From Bacteroidales bacterium UBA1077 (lineage in GTDB: Bacteria; Bacteroidota; Bacteroidia; Bacteroidales; UBA932), in assembly GCA_002314195.1 (NCBI GenBank), contig DCCQ01000074.1, positions 4,933 through 68,932 on the forward strand: 64,000 nucleotides of DNA, written 5' to 3'. The position numbers and the translations under genes were made by a program. The notes beneath the pieces were generated by a model. It saw only the letters and a program-made list of their open reading frames with translations. It was not told the DNA's origin and searched no databases. Of the stretch, positions 48,855 to 59,973 are shown piece after piece (positions within the stretch are counted from its first letter, which is position 1; the number at the start of each line of letters is the position of its first letter).

Positions 48855-49136
48855 TTATTTTTCCTCCTTTACTGCGTTCACGAAGATCTTAGCTGGCTTG
48901 AAAGCCGGAATATCGTGTGCAGGGATGGTCATTGTTGTCTTCTTGGTGATGTTCCTGGCAGCCTTCTTGGCTCTGTGCTTTACGATGAAGCTGCCGAATC
49001 CACGGAGATAAACAGGCTCTTTTCTGATGATGGAACCCTTTACGGTGTCCATGAACGCCTCAATGACGGACTGGACTGCAATTTTCTCAATTCCGGTTGA
49101 CTTTGCAACCTCATTTACGATTTCTGCCTTTGTCAT
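48855..49136 (-). CDS. HU family DNA-binding protein
   Basis: MTKAEIV, VYLRGFGSF, ARNI...IPA..IPAFKP. Confidence 0.95.
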   Translation of the reverse strand: MTKAEIVNEVAKSTGIEKIAVQSVIEAFMDTVKGSIIRKEPVYLRGFGSFIVKHRAKKAARNITKKTTMTIPAHDIPAFKPAKIFVNAVKEEK

Positions 49137-49257
49137 AATCTAATATATTATTATTTGGATTTGCCAATAATACCCCAAAAGTTCGTTTGGGGTTGCAAAA
49201 ATAGACTTATTTTTTTAATATTCAAAATCATATACATAAATAATTAACCATATTTTT

Positions 49258-49323
49258 TTGGCACGGCGATTGACCATATTCCGACACGCATCTTGGATTC
49301 GTGTGTTTCTGTCAATTTGGCAG
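49258..49323 (+). promoter_or_regulatory. sigma-54-like box and palindromic operator-like site upstream of lon
   Basis: TTGGCACGGCGATTGA (GG-N10-GA) and CTGTCAATTTGGCAG imperfect palindrome. Confidence 0.45.
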
Positions 49324-49356
49324 GGAAATCCATGACGTTTTTTTACGCAGAACATT

Positions 49357-51768
49357 ATGAACACAGACATTAATAAGGACATTTTCTTCCCGGCCGGGAC
49401 CGCGGAGGTGAACATAATTCCTGTTGTCCAGGGAGATGAACAGATGAAAGTGGAGGCCGGTGACCTTCCTGACACATTGCCTGTCCTCGCGCTTAGGAAC
49501 GCGGTGATATTTCCTGGAATGGTTTACCCTGTCACCATAGGTCGGCAGAAATCAATCATTCTGATCAAGGAGGCCGAGAAACGCGATTCCTTCATCGGAG
49601 CGGTTCCGCAGGTGGATATAACCGTCGAGGATCCGACCGAGGCCGATCTTTATGAATATGGCACAGCGGCCAGGGTCATGAAGGTTTTGGAGATGCCGGA
49701 CGGCACGATTACCGCCATCCTTCAGGGTGTCAGGCGCATACGTCTGGATGGCGTCCTGTCGTACGAACCGTACATCACCGCGAAAGTGAAGTATATCGAG
49801 GACATTATCCCGGAGAACGACAACAGCACCAAGATGATAGCGGAGTCCCTCAAGGAGAAGGCCGCTGTCATCATAAAGGCCTCATCCTTTGCACCCAAGG
49901 AGGCGGTGGGAGCGCTCAAATCCATTGACAACTATGCCTTCCTTGTGAATTTCATCGCGACGACTGTCGAGATTGAGAATTTCATGGAGAAGGTCCAGCT
50001 GCTCGGAATCGATGACATCACCGTCAGGGCCATGAAACTTCTTCAGGTTCTTGACACGCAGATTCAGCTCCTGAAGATCAAGCAGGAGATCAACCAGAAG
50101 GTAAAGAGTGACATTGACCAGCAGCAGAGGGAATATTACCTTAACAATCAGCTTCGTACCATTCAGGAGGAACTTGGCATGGACGAAGAGGAGGAGTTCG
50201 AGAAGTTCCGCGCGAAGGCCAAGACCAAGAAATGGCCGGAGGCTGTCGGAAAGCAGTTCGAGAAGGAGTTGGCCAAGCTTGAGAAGTACAATCCTTCCTC
50301 TCCTGACTACAGCATCCAGTACAACTATATTGAGTTCATGCTTGACCTGCCGTGGGGCGAGATGTCAAAGGACAACCTCGACCTGAAGCACGCACAGAAG
50401 GTTCTGGACAGCGACCACTACGGCCTTGACACGGTGAAGGAAAGAATCATCGAGTACCTCGCCGTCCTCAAGCTGAAGGGCAACATGAAGTCCCCGATCC
50501 TCTGCCTCTATGGCCCTCCGGGAGTCGGCAAGACCAGTCTCGGCAAATCCATTGCCAAGGCATTGGGCAGGAAATATGTCAGGATAGCCCTCGGCGGCAT
50601 GCACGATGAGGCCGAACTCAGAGGACACCGAAAAACCTACGTCGGGGCTCTTCCGGGGCGTATCCTGAACGGAATTGACAAGGCCGGCACATCCAACCCT
50701 GTCATCGTTCTGGACGAGATTGACAAGGTCGGCAACGACTACAAGGGAGACCCGTCTTCGGCTCTTCTGGAAGTCCTTGATCCTGAGCAGAATGTGGAAT
50801 TCCACGACAACTATCTGGACATCGACTACGATCTCTCGAATGTGCTGTTCATCACCACCGCGAACAACATCTCCACGATCCAGTCCGCCCTGCTCGACAG
50901 AATGGAACTGATAAACGTGACCGGCTACCTGGCTGAGGAAAAGATGGAAATCGCCAAGCGTTATCTTGTGCCTAAGCAGCTGGAGGAACACGGAATAGGC
51001 AAGAAGGAACTTCGCATCGACAAAGCCGCGCTCGCTACGATCATTGATGAATATACCCACGAGTCCGGAGTCCGTGGCCTTGAGAAGCAGATTGCAAAAA
51101 TCGCTCGTGTGACTGCCAAGAAGATTGCCTTGGGTGAACCCTATCCGACAGTAATCAAGAAAGAACATCTGAAGGAATATCTTGGTTTGCCGACCAATTT
51201 TCATGACCTTCAGAAAGGCAATGAGGCTCCTGGTGTCGTCACCGGCCTTGCTTGGACGCAGATGGGAGGTGAGATTCTGTTCGTGGAGAGTTCGGTCAGC
51301 GGAGGCAAAGGTGTCATGACAATGACAGGAAATCTAGGCGATGTGATGAAGGAATCAGCAACTATAGCCTACCAGTACATCAAGGCTCACCCTCAGCTTG
51401 CCAAAATGACATCCGAGGAGTTTGGAGCCAAGGACATCCATGTCCACGTTCCGGAAGGGGCCGTGCCTAAGGACGGACCGTCCGCCGGTATAACGATGGT
51501 CAGCTCTATGGTTTCCGCCCTGCGTGGCGAGGCCGTGAAGCCGGGAATCGCGATGACCGGTGAGATGACGCTCAGGGGCCGTGTGCTTCCGGTCGGTGGC
51601 ATCAAGGAGAAGATCCTCGCCGCCAAGCGCGCCGGAGTGACCGAGATAGTGATCTCGGAAGACAACCGCAAGGATGTCGAGGACATCAAGCCGATTTACG
51701 TTGAAGGGCTGTCGTTCCACTACGTCAAGAACATTGACGATGTGGTTTCGTACATATTCAAAGATTAA
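49357..51768 (+). CDS. lon: ATP-dependent protease La
   Basis: [29 protein letters not shown]. Confidence 0.98.
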   Translation: MNTDINKDIFFPAGTAEVNIIPVVQGDEQMKVEAGDLPDTLPVLALRNAVIFPGMVYPVTIGRQKSIILIKEAEKRDSFIGAVPQVDITVEDPTEADLYEYGTAARVMKVLEMPDGTITAILQGVRRIRLDGVLSYEPYITAKVKYIEDIIPENDNSTKMIAESLKEKAAVIIKASSFAPKEAVGALKSIDNYAFLVNFIATTVEIENFMEKVQLLGIDDITVRAMKLLQVLDTQIQLLKIKQEINQKVKSDIDQQQREYYLNNQLRTIQEELGMDEEEEFEKFRAKAKTKKWPEAVGKQFEKELAKLEKYNPSSPDYSIQYNYIEFMLDLPWGEMSKDNLDLKHAQKVLDSDHYGLDTVKERIIEYLAVLKLKGNMKSPILCLYGPPGVGKTSLGKSIAKALGRKYVRIALGGMHDEAELRGHRKTYVGALPGRILNGIDKAGTSNPVIVLDEIDKVGNDYKGDPSSALLEVLDPEQNVEFHDNYLDIDYDLSNVLFITTANNISTIQSALLDRMELINVTGYLAEEKMEIAKRYLVPKQLEEHGIGKKELRIDKAALATIIDEYTHESGVRGLEKQIAKIARVTAKKIALGEPYPTVIKKEHLKEYLGLPTNFHDLQKGNEAPGVVTGLAWTQMGGEILFVESSVSGGKGVMTMTGNLGDVMKESATIAYQYIKAHPQLAKMTSEEFGAKDIHVHVPEGAVPKDGPSAGITMVSSMVSALRGEAVKPGIAMTGEMTLRGRVLPVGGIKEKILAAKRAGVTEIVISEDNRKDVEDIKPIYVEGLSFHYVKNIDDVVSYIFKD

Positions 51769-51788
51769 TTTCTATCTTAGCGGTCATT

Positions 51789-52457
51789 ATGGACGTAAAG
51801 ATAGAACAAAGTTGGAAGCAAGCGCTGCAAGGTGAGTTTGACAAACCCTACTTTGCCGCGCTTGTGCGTTATCTGCACGGTGAGAAGGCTCAGGGAAAGG
51901 TGATCTTTCCTCCCGGACCGGAGATATTCAAGGCGTTTGAACTGACTCCTGTCGATCAGGTGAAGGTCGTGATTCTCGGCCAGGACCCGTATCATGGCTA
52001 CGGCCAGGCGATGGGGCTGAGTTTTTCGGTTCCGGACAACGTCCCTGCTCCGCCGTCCCTCAAGAACATATTCAAAGAGATTGAGGATGATTTGGGGATA
52101 AGGATGAGCGGCCGTCCGAATCTTGAGAAGTGGGCGCGTCAGGGCGTGCTGCTTCTGAACTCTATCCTGACGGTTCGCTCCGGTGAGGCCGCATCGCACA
52201 GCGGAATCGGCTGGCAGCAGTTTACCGATGCTGTCATACGCTATATTTCAGATAATTGCAGTGGCGTTGTCTTTTTGTTGTGGGGCAATTACGCCCGCAG
52301 TAAGAAGGAACTCATCGACACTTCACGGCATTATGTGCTGGAGGCGGCGCACCCGTCTCCGCTTGCCAGAGGAGCGTTTTTCGACTGCCGGCATTTCTCA
52401 AGAACGAACGAGATTCTTGTGGGTGAAGGCAAGACACCGATCGACTGGCAGTTGTAA
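51789..52457 (+). CDS. ung: uracil-DNA glycosylase
   Basis: GQDPYH, PPSL.NI, HPSPL. Confidence 0.98.
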   Translation: MDVKIEQSWKQALQGEFDKPYFAALVRYLHGEKAQGKVIFPPGPEIFKAFELTPVDQVKVVILGQDPYHGYGQAMGLSFSVPDNVPAPPSLKNIFKEIEDDLGIRMSGRPNLEKWARQGVLLLNSILTVRSGEAASHSGIGWQQFTDAVIRYISDNCSGVVFLLWGNYARSKKELIDTSRHYVLEAAHPSPLARGAFFDCRHFSRTNEILVGEGKTPIDWQL

Positions 52458-52489
52458 TCTGGTAACATTCCATATTCAAAGAGTTTATA

Positions 52490-52960
52490 ATGAATCACAC
52501 AGCATTGTTCCCTGGGTCCTTTGACCCGTTCACGTCAGGGCATCTGAATATCCTGACACGGGCTTTGGCCATTTTTGACGAGGTCATCGTGGCCGTGGGA
52601 ATCAATCAGGATAAGCGTGGTTTCTTCACTATGGAGCAGCGCGAGGACATCATCCGTCAGGCTACCAAAGGCATGGATGGAGTGAAGATCATTCACTACG
52701 AGGGACTTACCATCGACATCTGCCGAGAGCTCGGAGTCCGCCATATTGTCAGGGGAGTGAGGAATATGACCGACTTCGACAATGAGCAGGCGATCGCCGA
52801 CGCGAACCGCCATCTGGCCCCGGAGGTGGACACTATCATCATCCCGACTGCCCAGGAATATTCACACATCTCCTCTTCGGCCGTGCGGGATGTGGTGCGC
52901 CATCACGGTGATCTGTCGCAATTCATTCCTGACGGGGTCGTGCTGCCGGAGGTGAGATGA
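52490..52960 (+). CDS. coaD: pantetheine-phosphate adenylyltransferase
   Basis: FPGSFDPFTSGH, RGVR, ISSS. Confidence 0.96.
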   Translation: MNHTALFPGSFDPFTSGHLNILTRALAIFDEVIVAVGINQDKRGFFTMEQREDIIRQATKGMDGVKIIHYEGLTIDICRELGVRHIVRGVRNMTDFDNEQAIADANRHLAPEVDTIIIPTAQEYSHISSSAVRDVVRHHGDLSQFIPDGVVLPEVR

Positions 52961-54423
52961 GGCGTTTTGTAGGCATATTCATAGGTCTTTTTCTTTGGCT
53001 GGCGCCGTCATTCCTTTGCGCCGGACAGGTCGATTCCTCTCGTTTGGCCGCGTTGGACGAACGGTTGGAGGAATATTTCCGCACTCTGGAGCCGGAAAGA
53101 ATAGAGGTTAAGAACGAGGAATGTGACTTGTTGATCAGTTCTGCCAAGGATTCGCTTCTGCGCCGCCACATCGCCCTGAAGATTTACGACCACTATCTTG
53201 AGTCTCCTGTAATGGGGGATGAGGCTGTGGCTATCCATATCACTGACAAATGGTTCGCTCCCGGTCTGATCGACATGGGTGGGGATGAGGTCCTTTTGAA
53301 CGCCAAAGTCTATGCTGACTTCAACCGGCAGTCGCTGTTGGGGATGCCGGCGCCGTCCGTGGTTATGGAGACTCCTGATGGTGAGAAGGTTGAGGTTGGA
53401 GGACATGCGAGCCGCTACCGGGTGCTGTTTTTCTACGACACCGACTGCTCCAAGTGCAAGTTGGAAACGATCCTGCTGCGGGCAAAACTCAATGCAAGAG
53501 ATTGGCCTGTCGATGTTTATGCCATCTACACAGGCGCTGACCCTGATAGTTGGCGGGAATGGCGCCAGACTAAATTCGGGATACGTGCCGCCAAAACCAA
53601 AGTCATACATCTTTGGGATCCGGAGGTCTTGTCTGATTACCAGATGAAGTACGGCGTACTTCAGACTCCGAGGATGTTTCTCCTTGACCGTTCAGGAACC
53701 ATCATCGGAAGGGGAATGGACACTCGCGCTCTGGACCAGCTGCTCGGCATCGTGCTCGCTGACCCCGCTTATGAATATGGCGGCCAGGCTTCGGCTGCTT
53801 TGATGGACAAGCTCTTTGCGGCGGATTCAAATGTTATGTCCATGGCTAAAGCGTTGGAATCACGTACTTTGGCCAAGGGGGACACCTCTTTTTTCAAACA
53901 CCTTGAAGGTGACCTTCTTTATTGGCTGACCTCACGTCGAGATGAAGCCTGCAAGGAAGGTACTTTGCCTTTCATCAATGAATATATTCTTTCGCGTCCG
54001 GAGATATGGAAGACTCAGGACGACACCCTCAAGGTCGTGGGGCTTGCCCGCATGATGAAGGATCTGCTTTCTCGCACGCCTGTCGGTTCGGAATTGCCGG
54101 ATGCCAAGGAACTTATGTCCGGCGTTGTCAACGTCTCTTCCCCTCGTGGCTGGACTCGGAATTGGAACCGCTTGCGCAGAAAAGGTGGTTATATAGTATT
54201 CCACACCGAGGGCTGCCCGGTCTGCAAGGCTGAACTCGCCGCCGCTGATTCTTTGGGTCTTAGGATTTTAGATGTGAACGTCGATGAGATTATGGCCTCC
54301 AATCCGGATCTTGCCAAGGTTCTTCTCGACACTTTTGACCTCTCCTCCATGCCGTTCATCCTTGAGGTCGGTCGCCACGGTGTCATCCGCCGCCGCTACA
54401 TATCCTTTTTATATGGTCGCTGA
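52957..54423 (+). CDS. exported protein with two thioredoxin-like CxxC domains
   Basis: Signal peptide; FYDTDCSKC...TPRMFLLD and FHTEGCPVC...MPFI. Confidence 0.7.
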   Translation: MRRFVGIFIGLFLWLAPSFLCAGQVDSSRLAALDERLEEYFRTLEPERIEVKNEECDLLISSAKDSLLRRHIALKIYDHYLESPVMGDEAVAIHITDKWFAPGLIDMGGDEVLLNAKVYADFNRQSLLGMPAPSVVMETPDGEKVEVGGHASRYRVLFFYDTDCSKCKLETILLRAKLNARDWPVDVYAIYTGADPDSWREWRQTKFGIRAAKTKVIHLWDPEVLSDYQMKYGVLQTPRMFLLDRSGTIIGRGMDTRALDQLLGIVLADPAYEYGGQASAALMDKLFAADSNVMSMAKALESRTLAKGDTSFFKHLEGDLLYWLTSRRDEACKEGTLPFINEYILSRPEIWKTQDDTLKVVGLARMMKDLLSRTPVGSELPDAKELMSGVVNVSSPRGWTRNWNRLRRKGGYIVFHTEGCPVCKAELAAADSLGLRILDVNVDEIMASNPDLAKVLLDTFDLSSMPFILEVGRHGVIRRRYISFLYGR

Positions 54424-54438
54424 GCCTGTCGATGCGGC
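54415..54438. repeat. REP-like copy overlapping a stop codon
   Basis: GGTCGCTGAGCCTGTCGATGCGGC. Confidence 0.8.
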
Positions 54439-54454
54439 ATTCTATTTTTTAAGG

Positions 54455-54544
54455 TTTGCGGCGGTGAGGTAAGTAGAAAGGGTGCTTGCGCTTCGCGCCC
54501 TATCCGGGTGAATGCACCCTTTCTACTTACCTCACCGCTGCAAA
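54455..54544. repeat. 31-bp inverted repeat (30/31) between convergent genes
   Basis: TTTGCGGCGGTGAGGTAAGTAGAAAGGGTGC ... GCACCCTTTCTACTTACCTCACCGCTGCAAA. Confidence 0.95.
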
Positions 54545-54562
54545 AGTCAACATGTCGTTTGT

Positions 54563-54865
54563 CTAACCGATTACTTTCCGCAGCACACGTGTCAACTGAT
54601 CGGAGCAGGAGGTGCCTCTGCCGTGGCAGTTGACACCGGACAAGGTCTCGACTGCTTTACGGGCGTCCATACCTTCCAGAAGTCTTCCGATGGCCTGGAG
54701 GTTCCCGTCGCAGCCTTTGATGTAATGAAGGTTGTGGATTTTCCCGTCAATAAGGTCAAAGTCAATCTGTGCCGAGCAGACCAAAGCGCTCGGAACCGCT
54801 GTTATGTGTCTGACACCGTCAGTCGTTTTGTCAGTAATTATCTTGAAATCATCACCGATGTTCAT
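54563..54865 (-). CDS. TIGR03905 family TSCPD-domain protein
   Basis: VCS..I.F, GCDGNLQAIGRLLEG, C..RGTSCSDQL. Confidence 0.88.
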   Translation of the reverse strand: MNIGDDFKIITDKTTDGVRHITAVPSALVCSAQIDFDLIDGKIHNLHYIKGCDGNLQAIGRLLEGMDARKAVETLSGVNCHGRGTSCSDQLTRVLRKVIG

Positions 54866-54995
54866 GGCCGTAATTCTTAAACGATTAATATTACAAAAAT
54901 ATAAATTTTTATAAAATTAAACGTAACTTTGCACGGCATTTGAAGAGAACCGATGCCGGAAAAAACAGATAATTAATTTCTAAATTCATAGAATT

Positions 54996-55997
54996 ATGGT
55001 ATCATACAAAGATCTTGGCCTGGTCAACACCAGAGAGATGTTCGCAAAGGCCGTAAAGGGTGGCTATGCTATTCCTGCATTCAACTTCAACAACATGGAG
55101 CAGCTTCAGGCTATCATCCAGGCTGCCGCCGAGAAGAAGTCACCTGTCATCCTTCAGGTTTCCAAGGGTGCCCGCAACTACGCTAACCAGACCCTTCTCC
55201 GCTACATGGCTGAGGGCGCTGTTCAATATGCCAAGGAACTCGGTTGGGAGCATCCTCAGATCGTTCTTCACCTTGACCACGGCGACAGCTTCGAACTTTG
55301 CAAGAGCTGCGTTGACATGGGATTCTCTTCAGTGATGATCGATGGTTCGGCTCTTCCTTACGAGGAGAACATCGCTCTTACAAGAAAGGTGGTTGATTAT
55401 GCTCATCAGTTTGATGTGGTTGTGGAGGCAGAGCTTGGCGTTCTTGCCGGAGTGGAGGAAGAGGTCTCCGCAGAGGAGTCTCACTACACAAAGCCGGAGG
55501 AGGTTATTGACTTCTCTACCCGTACAGGCTGTGATTCACTTGCGATTTCCATCGGCACTTCACACGGAGCCTACAAGTTCAAGCCGGAGCAGTGCACAAG
55601 AGACCCTAAGACAGGCCGTCTCGTTCCACCTCCACTCGCTTTCGACGTTCTCCACGAGATCGAGAAGAAGCTCCCTGGATTCCCTATCGTACTCCACGGA
55701 TCATCTTCAGTTCCTCAGGAGTATGTTGACATGATCAACAAGTATGGTGGAAAGCTTCCTGACGCTGTCGGTATTCCGGAGGATCAGCTTCGTGAGGCTG
55801 CCAAGAGTGCTGTCTGCAAGATCAACATCGATTCTGACTCCCGTCTCGCGATGACCGCCGTCATCCGCAAGATCTTCGTCGAGAAACCAGCCGAGTTCGA
55901 CCCAAGAAAGTACCTCGGTCCAGCCCGCGACGAGATGAAGAAACTCTACGAGCACAAGATCGTTGACGTTCTTGGTTCAGACGGCAAGGCTGAATAA
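54996..55997 (+). CDS. fba: class II fructose-1,6-bisphosphate aldolase
   Basis: HLDHG, SVMIDGS, VEAELG, GTSHGAYK, VLHGSS, KINIDSD. Confidence 0.97.
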   Translation: MVSYKDLGLVNTREMFAKAVKGGYAIPAFNFNNMEQLQAIIQAAAEKKSPVILQVSKGARNYANQTLLRYMAEGAVQYAKELGWEHPQIVLHLDHGDSFELCKSCVDMGFSSVMIDGSALPYEENIALTRKVVDYAHQFDVVVEAELGVLAGVEEEVSAEESHYTKPEEVIDFSTRTGCDSLAISIGTSHGAYKFKPEQCTRDPKTGRLVPPPLAFDVLHEIEKKLPGFPIVLHGSSSVPQEYVDMINKYGGKLPDAVGIPEDQLREAAKSAVCKINIDSDSRLAMTAVIRKIFVEKPAEFDPRKYLGPARDEMKKLYEHKIVDVLGSDGKAE

Positions 55998-56039
55998 TTT
56001 GGTTGTGGAGCGTAAGCTCCTGACAATTAATTAAAAATA

Positions 56040-56075
56040 AGATTCCCTCTGGTCGGTATCGACTGGAGGGAATCT
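56040..56075 (+). terminator. terminator-like hairpin after fba
   Basis: AGATTCCCTC...GAGGGAATCT stem. Confidence 0.7.
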
Positions 56076-56130
56076 GTTAATATATTAGTTGATAAGTAGT
56101 TGGTCGATACGTGATAGCAATGAAAATTTG

Positions 56131-56810
56131 GTAACTACTCAGGTGCCCCCGGCCATAGGCCGCCGGCCCTGACCACCTGCCAATGATGATTGAGACAATG
56201 ATGCTATGCCTGCGCAAGGGCCGCGATGACCCTAAGGACCTCGAAGGGGTCCTGTCCGTTCTTGACCGCCGTCTGTATGACGGAGGCGACGGTGGCGTAG
56301 TTTTCCACACCGGCCTCGGTCCGGAAGCATCCGCTGACCTTGAGTTTGGTCTTGGCCGGCCTGAGCGCCTTCTCGCTGTCGTTGTTCGTGGGCGGGACAT
56401 CCGGGTTCGTGAGGAAGGTGAAGACGTGGTCCCTGTGCTTGGCGATGCTCTTTTTGAGTTTGTCCAGCTCGGTGTCCTTCCCGTCTTCCCTCGTGTGGAC
56501 GGGAGGTCTGGCGAGCAGCTCGTCCAGACGTTCATCCATCCCGACATCCCCCATGAAGTAGGCGGGCCGGCGGTCGGTCACCCAGACCGTCCCGCCCAGC
56601 TCCTCAGGCGTGAAGTGCCTGTTGACGACACTATGTCCCCTGCTCTTGTCAAAGGCAAGGTACGTCGGCGCCGGCCACCTTCCCGTCCGCGTCCTTTCGT
56701 CTTATCATCTCGTATGGCTTCTTGGAGAGCCTGCGCATGGCATTCAGTATGTTGGACACGGTTCCCTCGCTGATGTGCAGCCCGAAGACGGTCTCGAACA
56801 AGTTGGCTTG
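56131..56810 (-). mobile_element. IS66-family remnant: one terminal repeat plus internally deleted TnpC fragment
   Basis: GTAACTACTCAG end at 56131; PPTNNDSEKALRPAKTKLKVSGCFR C-terminal motif; upstream hand-translated pieces FGLHISEGTVSNIL and VTDRRPAYF in broken frames. Confidence 0.88.
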
Positions 56811-57011
56811 AACTGAAAAAAGTGGTTCAGTTCAAGTCAGTTTTCCGAACATTGTTTGACTTTGTTGTTGAAGCATTAGTCTCACAATATTTGTCCACAA
56901 TATTTGTCCTTTCTTGCTTGTTTATGATTTTTTCTATAACTTACCACTTGATTATAAGTTAGGTTGGTTGAATATATCTCAAAACAACTTCTTAACAATG
57001 AGGAATCAGAC

Positions 57012-57539
57012 ATGGAAAAAGGGATTATTATCTACAAATCTAAATATGGAGCCGCAAAAAAATATGCCCAATGGCTCCAGAGGATGGCCGGTTTTCAATG
57101 CATAAAGACACGCGATGCCGCGCTGAAGGATATATTACAGTATGACACAATCGTTTTATGCAGCAGTATATATGCCTCTGGAATAGCAGGATTGCCTTTC
57201 TTGAAAAAGAATATTGACAGTTTGAGGGATAAAAAAATAGCGATATTTTGTGTTGGTGCCTCTCCTCATGATGAGAGTGCGTTTGAAGAAATCAAAGCAC
57301 GCAATCTGACAGGAAACTTAAAAGGGATTCCACTTTTTTACGGAAGAGGTGCCTGGGATCTAAGTAAGATGACCTTTATTGACAGGACTATATGCAAAAT
57401 GCTTCAAAGGTCGATATCGAAAAAGGATCCTGACACGTATGAGCCGTGGATGAAAGCTCTTATGTGTTCGGTAGGAAAAAGCTGCGATTGGACAGATGAA
57501 AAATATCTGCTCCCGTTGTTGGACTTCCTGCGGCATTAA
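57012..57539 (+). CDS. flavodoxin-domain protein (HemG-like family)
   Basis: IIYKSKYGAAKKYAQW, SIYASGI, FCVGAS, FYGRG; start placed at ATG 57012. Confidence 0.85.
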   Translation: MEKGIIIYKSKYGAAKKYAQWLQRMAGFQCIKTRDAALKDILQYDTIVLCSSIYASGIAGLPFLKKNIDSLRDKKIAIFCVGASPHDESAFEEIKARNLTGNLKGIPLFYGRGAWDLSKMTFIDRTICKMLQRSISKKDPDTYEPWMKALMCSVGKSCDWTDEKYLLPLLDFLRH

Positions 57540-57757
57540 ACTTCGGCAAATGCGCCATCGACGCCGGAACCCTTGTTGTTGAGAAGTCCGACATGACATC
57601 GATCGTGGTGAAGTGACAACTTTGACCAATTCTCCGTCAAGATGTATCAAGCATCGTGGAGAGTTGACACTTGGACTTGGAGGGGCGCTTGAAAAGCCCC
57701 GGTTTCAGATTCCCGAAATATTGTCGAGAAGTATAAGCTCTTGATAATTAGTAAATA

Positions 57758-57799
57758 AGCAAATCCCCTTTAGCCAATATCAACTAAAGGGGATTTGCT
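57758..57799. repeat. perfect 16-bp inverted repeat
   Basis: AGCAAATCCCCTTTAG / CTAAAGGGGATTTGCT. Confidence 0.9.
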
Positions 57800-57811
57800 A
57801 ATATAGCGATT

Positions 57812-59292
57812 TTGAGTCTGCTTTTGTTGGGAATCGGATCTTGCGAAAAACACGAAAGCATTTCACAAGTATTGCCTGTAAAGGAAACAATGTCGATATC
57901 GACTGCATTTATGGAGTTCTCATCTCCTGAGGAACTGAACGAGTTTGTGAGAGAATCAAATGAAGGTATCACGACTAGAACTGCTAGTCAGGAGATTAAC
58001 TCGATATGTTCTGTAATCCCGGTTTCACTGGTAAATAGGGACCTTGTCCTGTCTGTTGAGATTCCGGATTCTCTGCGTAAGGTTATTGATGGTGGCGATG
58101 TTAACCTTTATACTGATTTAGGGTATGAATCACTATTGCCTGAAGAATCGTTTGCTGCCGCATTGAACTACAGAGGTGAGTATGCTGTGAATGACACAGT
58201 TTATAAGGTCTCTCCAAGGGGAACATTCTGTATGCCAAAAAAACTCGTGAATACATTTGAGAAAGAGTATGCCAAGGTTTACAAAGAGAAAGTATCGGAA
58301 GTCGGCGACGGATTTTATGATTTCAGCAAATCTGACAGCATAAGCAAGGACTTGCGTGCAAATCTTCGCCTTTATGATACATTTGGCAATGGTACGGTAG
58401 CTATAGGGCTGCAGTACGAACGATCAGGAGAGGAAAATCCAACCGACACGCGCTCTACTGCATTGCCCGATGGTAATCTTGATGATGATTGGATAGCGGC
58501 TTTGGATATTGATTGGGATTCTTTCGACTCCTATACGACAGATGCTCATACAGTGGCAGGTAAATGGATACGATCATTATTTGGCAGAAATAAGGCGTTT
58601 ATGTCTCATTTGCGAATAACCGACGTTTGAAAACTAAATTATATTATTACAATTATTTGGGACACACGTCGATAGGCGCGAAGGCAAAATTCCAAAAAAA
58701 GAATCTTATAGGTTGGAGTGGAAAGAGTGCAGATCATCTATATTTGATTTGGAGTAATGTGATTTTAAAATCCAAGTTGCCATATGCTATTGAATATCCA
58801 CATACATTTAAGCCGACGACCAGAATTTTTGTTGGGTCTAACATTGAAAAAATACCTGGCACAAACGTCAAGGGAACGGTCGACTATTATGTGGGTAAGC
58901 CGCTGTCCGATAAAGAATTGAAATCTCTGGCTACGGAAAATTATTTAAAGGCTGTTATCGATCTTAAGATGCAGGTTGACAAAGATTTTGATAAGAATCC
59001 AAGACAAGTTGGAGCTATAAGATATGTTTGTGATAATGTTGTATGGACGATAATTCGACCTTATGGAATACATGAAAGTAATGAGGAGAAGATAACTTGT
59101 AATTTTGAAAGTGATTTCCACTTTAAAGTAGGAGTGAAAGATTTTGTCCCTGGCTTGAAATATGATGTAAAAGAATGGCTAAGCAAGATTTCAGCTCAAG
59201 AATTAGAGTCCCCTAAACTCATTCAAGGCGAAATACGTTCGGCTGCCACAAAAAATGGCGAGACAAAGGGGGTTAGATTGATTAAGAAATAA
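57812..59292 (+). pseudogene. frameshifted lipoprotein gene of unknown function (split into 57812-58630 and 58627-59292)
   Basis: Lipobox LGIGSC; one extra T at 58609-58611 joins the two ORFs (..MSHFANNRRLKTKLY..); no in-frame ATG before the signal peptide. Confidence 0.7.
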
Positions 59293-59317
59293 TCATAAAT
59301 AATTTTGCTGGATTGTT

Positions 59318-59917
59318 ATGAGGAATATTGTAATGTGTATGGCACTGATGTTATGTGCATTTGGCTTTGATGTGAAAGCTCAAAGCGTTGTGCGTGCCAT
59401 CGAGGGGGAAGTGGCTTTTACTGGAGTAAGGGCTTCACATAATATGATATTTGATGAGAGTCGACCGGGACTTGGTCTCGCTGGAGAATTACGGTATAAT
59501 TTTCATAGCGTTCCTGTTGATATTGGTATACAGGGGAGAGGGCAGATATGGGGAAGGCAATCGTTGTCTGAGTCTGCCTCTGATGAGTACAAGTATGCTG
59601 GAGAAAAGTTGAACTATTTGTCGGCGAACGTCCTTCTTGTTTCTGATTATAACTTCAGACGAGGGCAATCTGTGTCCATGTTCATTGGAGCCGGTGTCGG
59701 GGTGGCTTTTTTTGAGGAAAATTCCAGTCTTGAAAGGGCTGGATATAGTCTATATGTCGGAAATGGGAAATCGAGATCATTCTGTTTTATGCCTCGTGTA
59801 GGAGCTGAATTTTTGAATAGATTGCGTTTGACGCTGTTTTATCAGTTTGAGGACAAGGCTAATGAGTGCTTTGGCTTACAGGTTGGTCTTGCAATCGGAG
59901 GAGGAATGAAGAAATAG
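59318..59917 (+). CDS. outer-membrane beta-barrel protein
   Basis: Signal peptide; ELRYNF, SDYNFRRG, FIGAGVG, PRVGAEF strand patterns. Confidence 0.75.
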   Translation: MRNIVMCMALMLCAFGFDVKAQSVVRAIEGEVAFTGVRASHNMIFDESRPGLGLAGELRYNFHSVPVDIGIQGRGQIWGRQSLSESASDEYKYAGEKLNYLSANVLLVSDYNFRRGQSVSMFIGAGVGVAFFEENSSLERAGYSLYVGNGKSRSFCFMPRVGAEFLNRLRLTLFYQFEDKANECFGLQVGLAIGGGMKK

Positions 59918-59931
59918 GGCTCTTATTAACT

Positions 59932-59973
59932 AAAAAAGGGGATGGACTCAAAAGTGAGTTGTCCCCTTTTTTT
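59932..59973. terminator. bidirectional terminator
   Basis: AAAAAAGGGGATGGACTC...GAGTTGTCCCCTTTTTTT between convergent genes. Confidence 0.75.

Noticed and set aside
57680..57750. Possible IS terminal repeat
   Set aside because: No partner end or transposase sequence visible; cannot be supported
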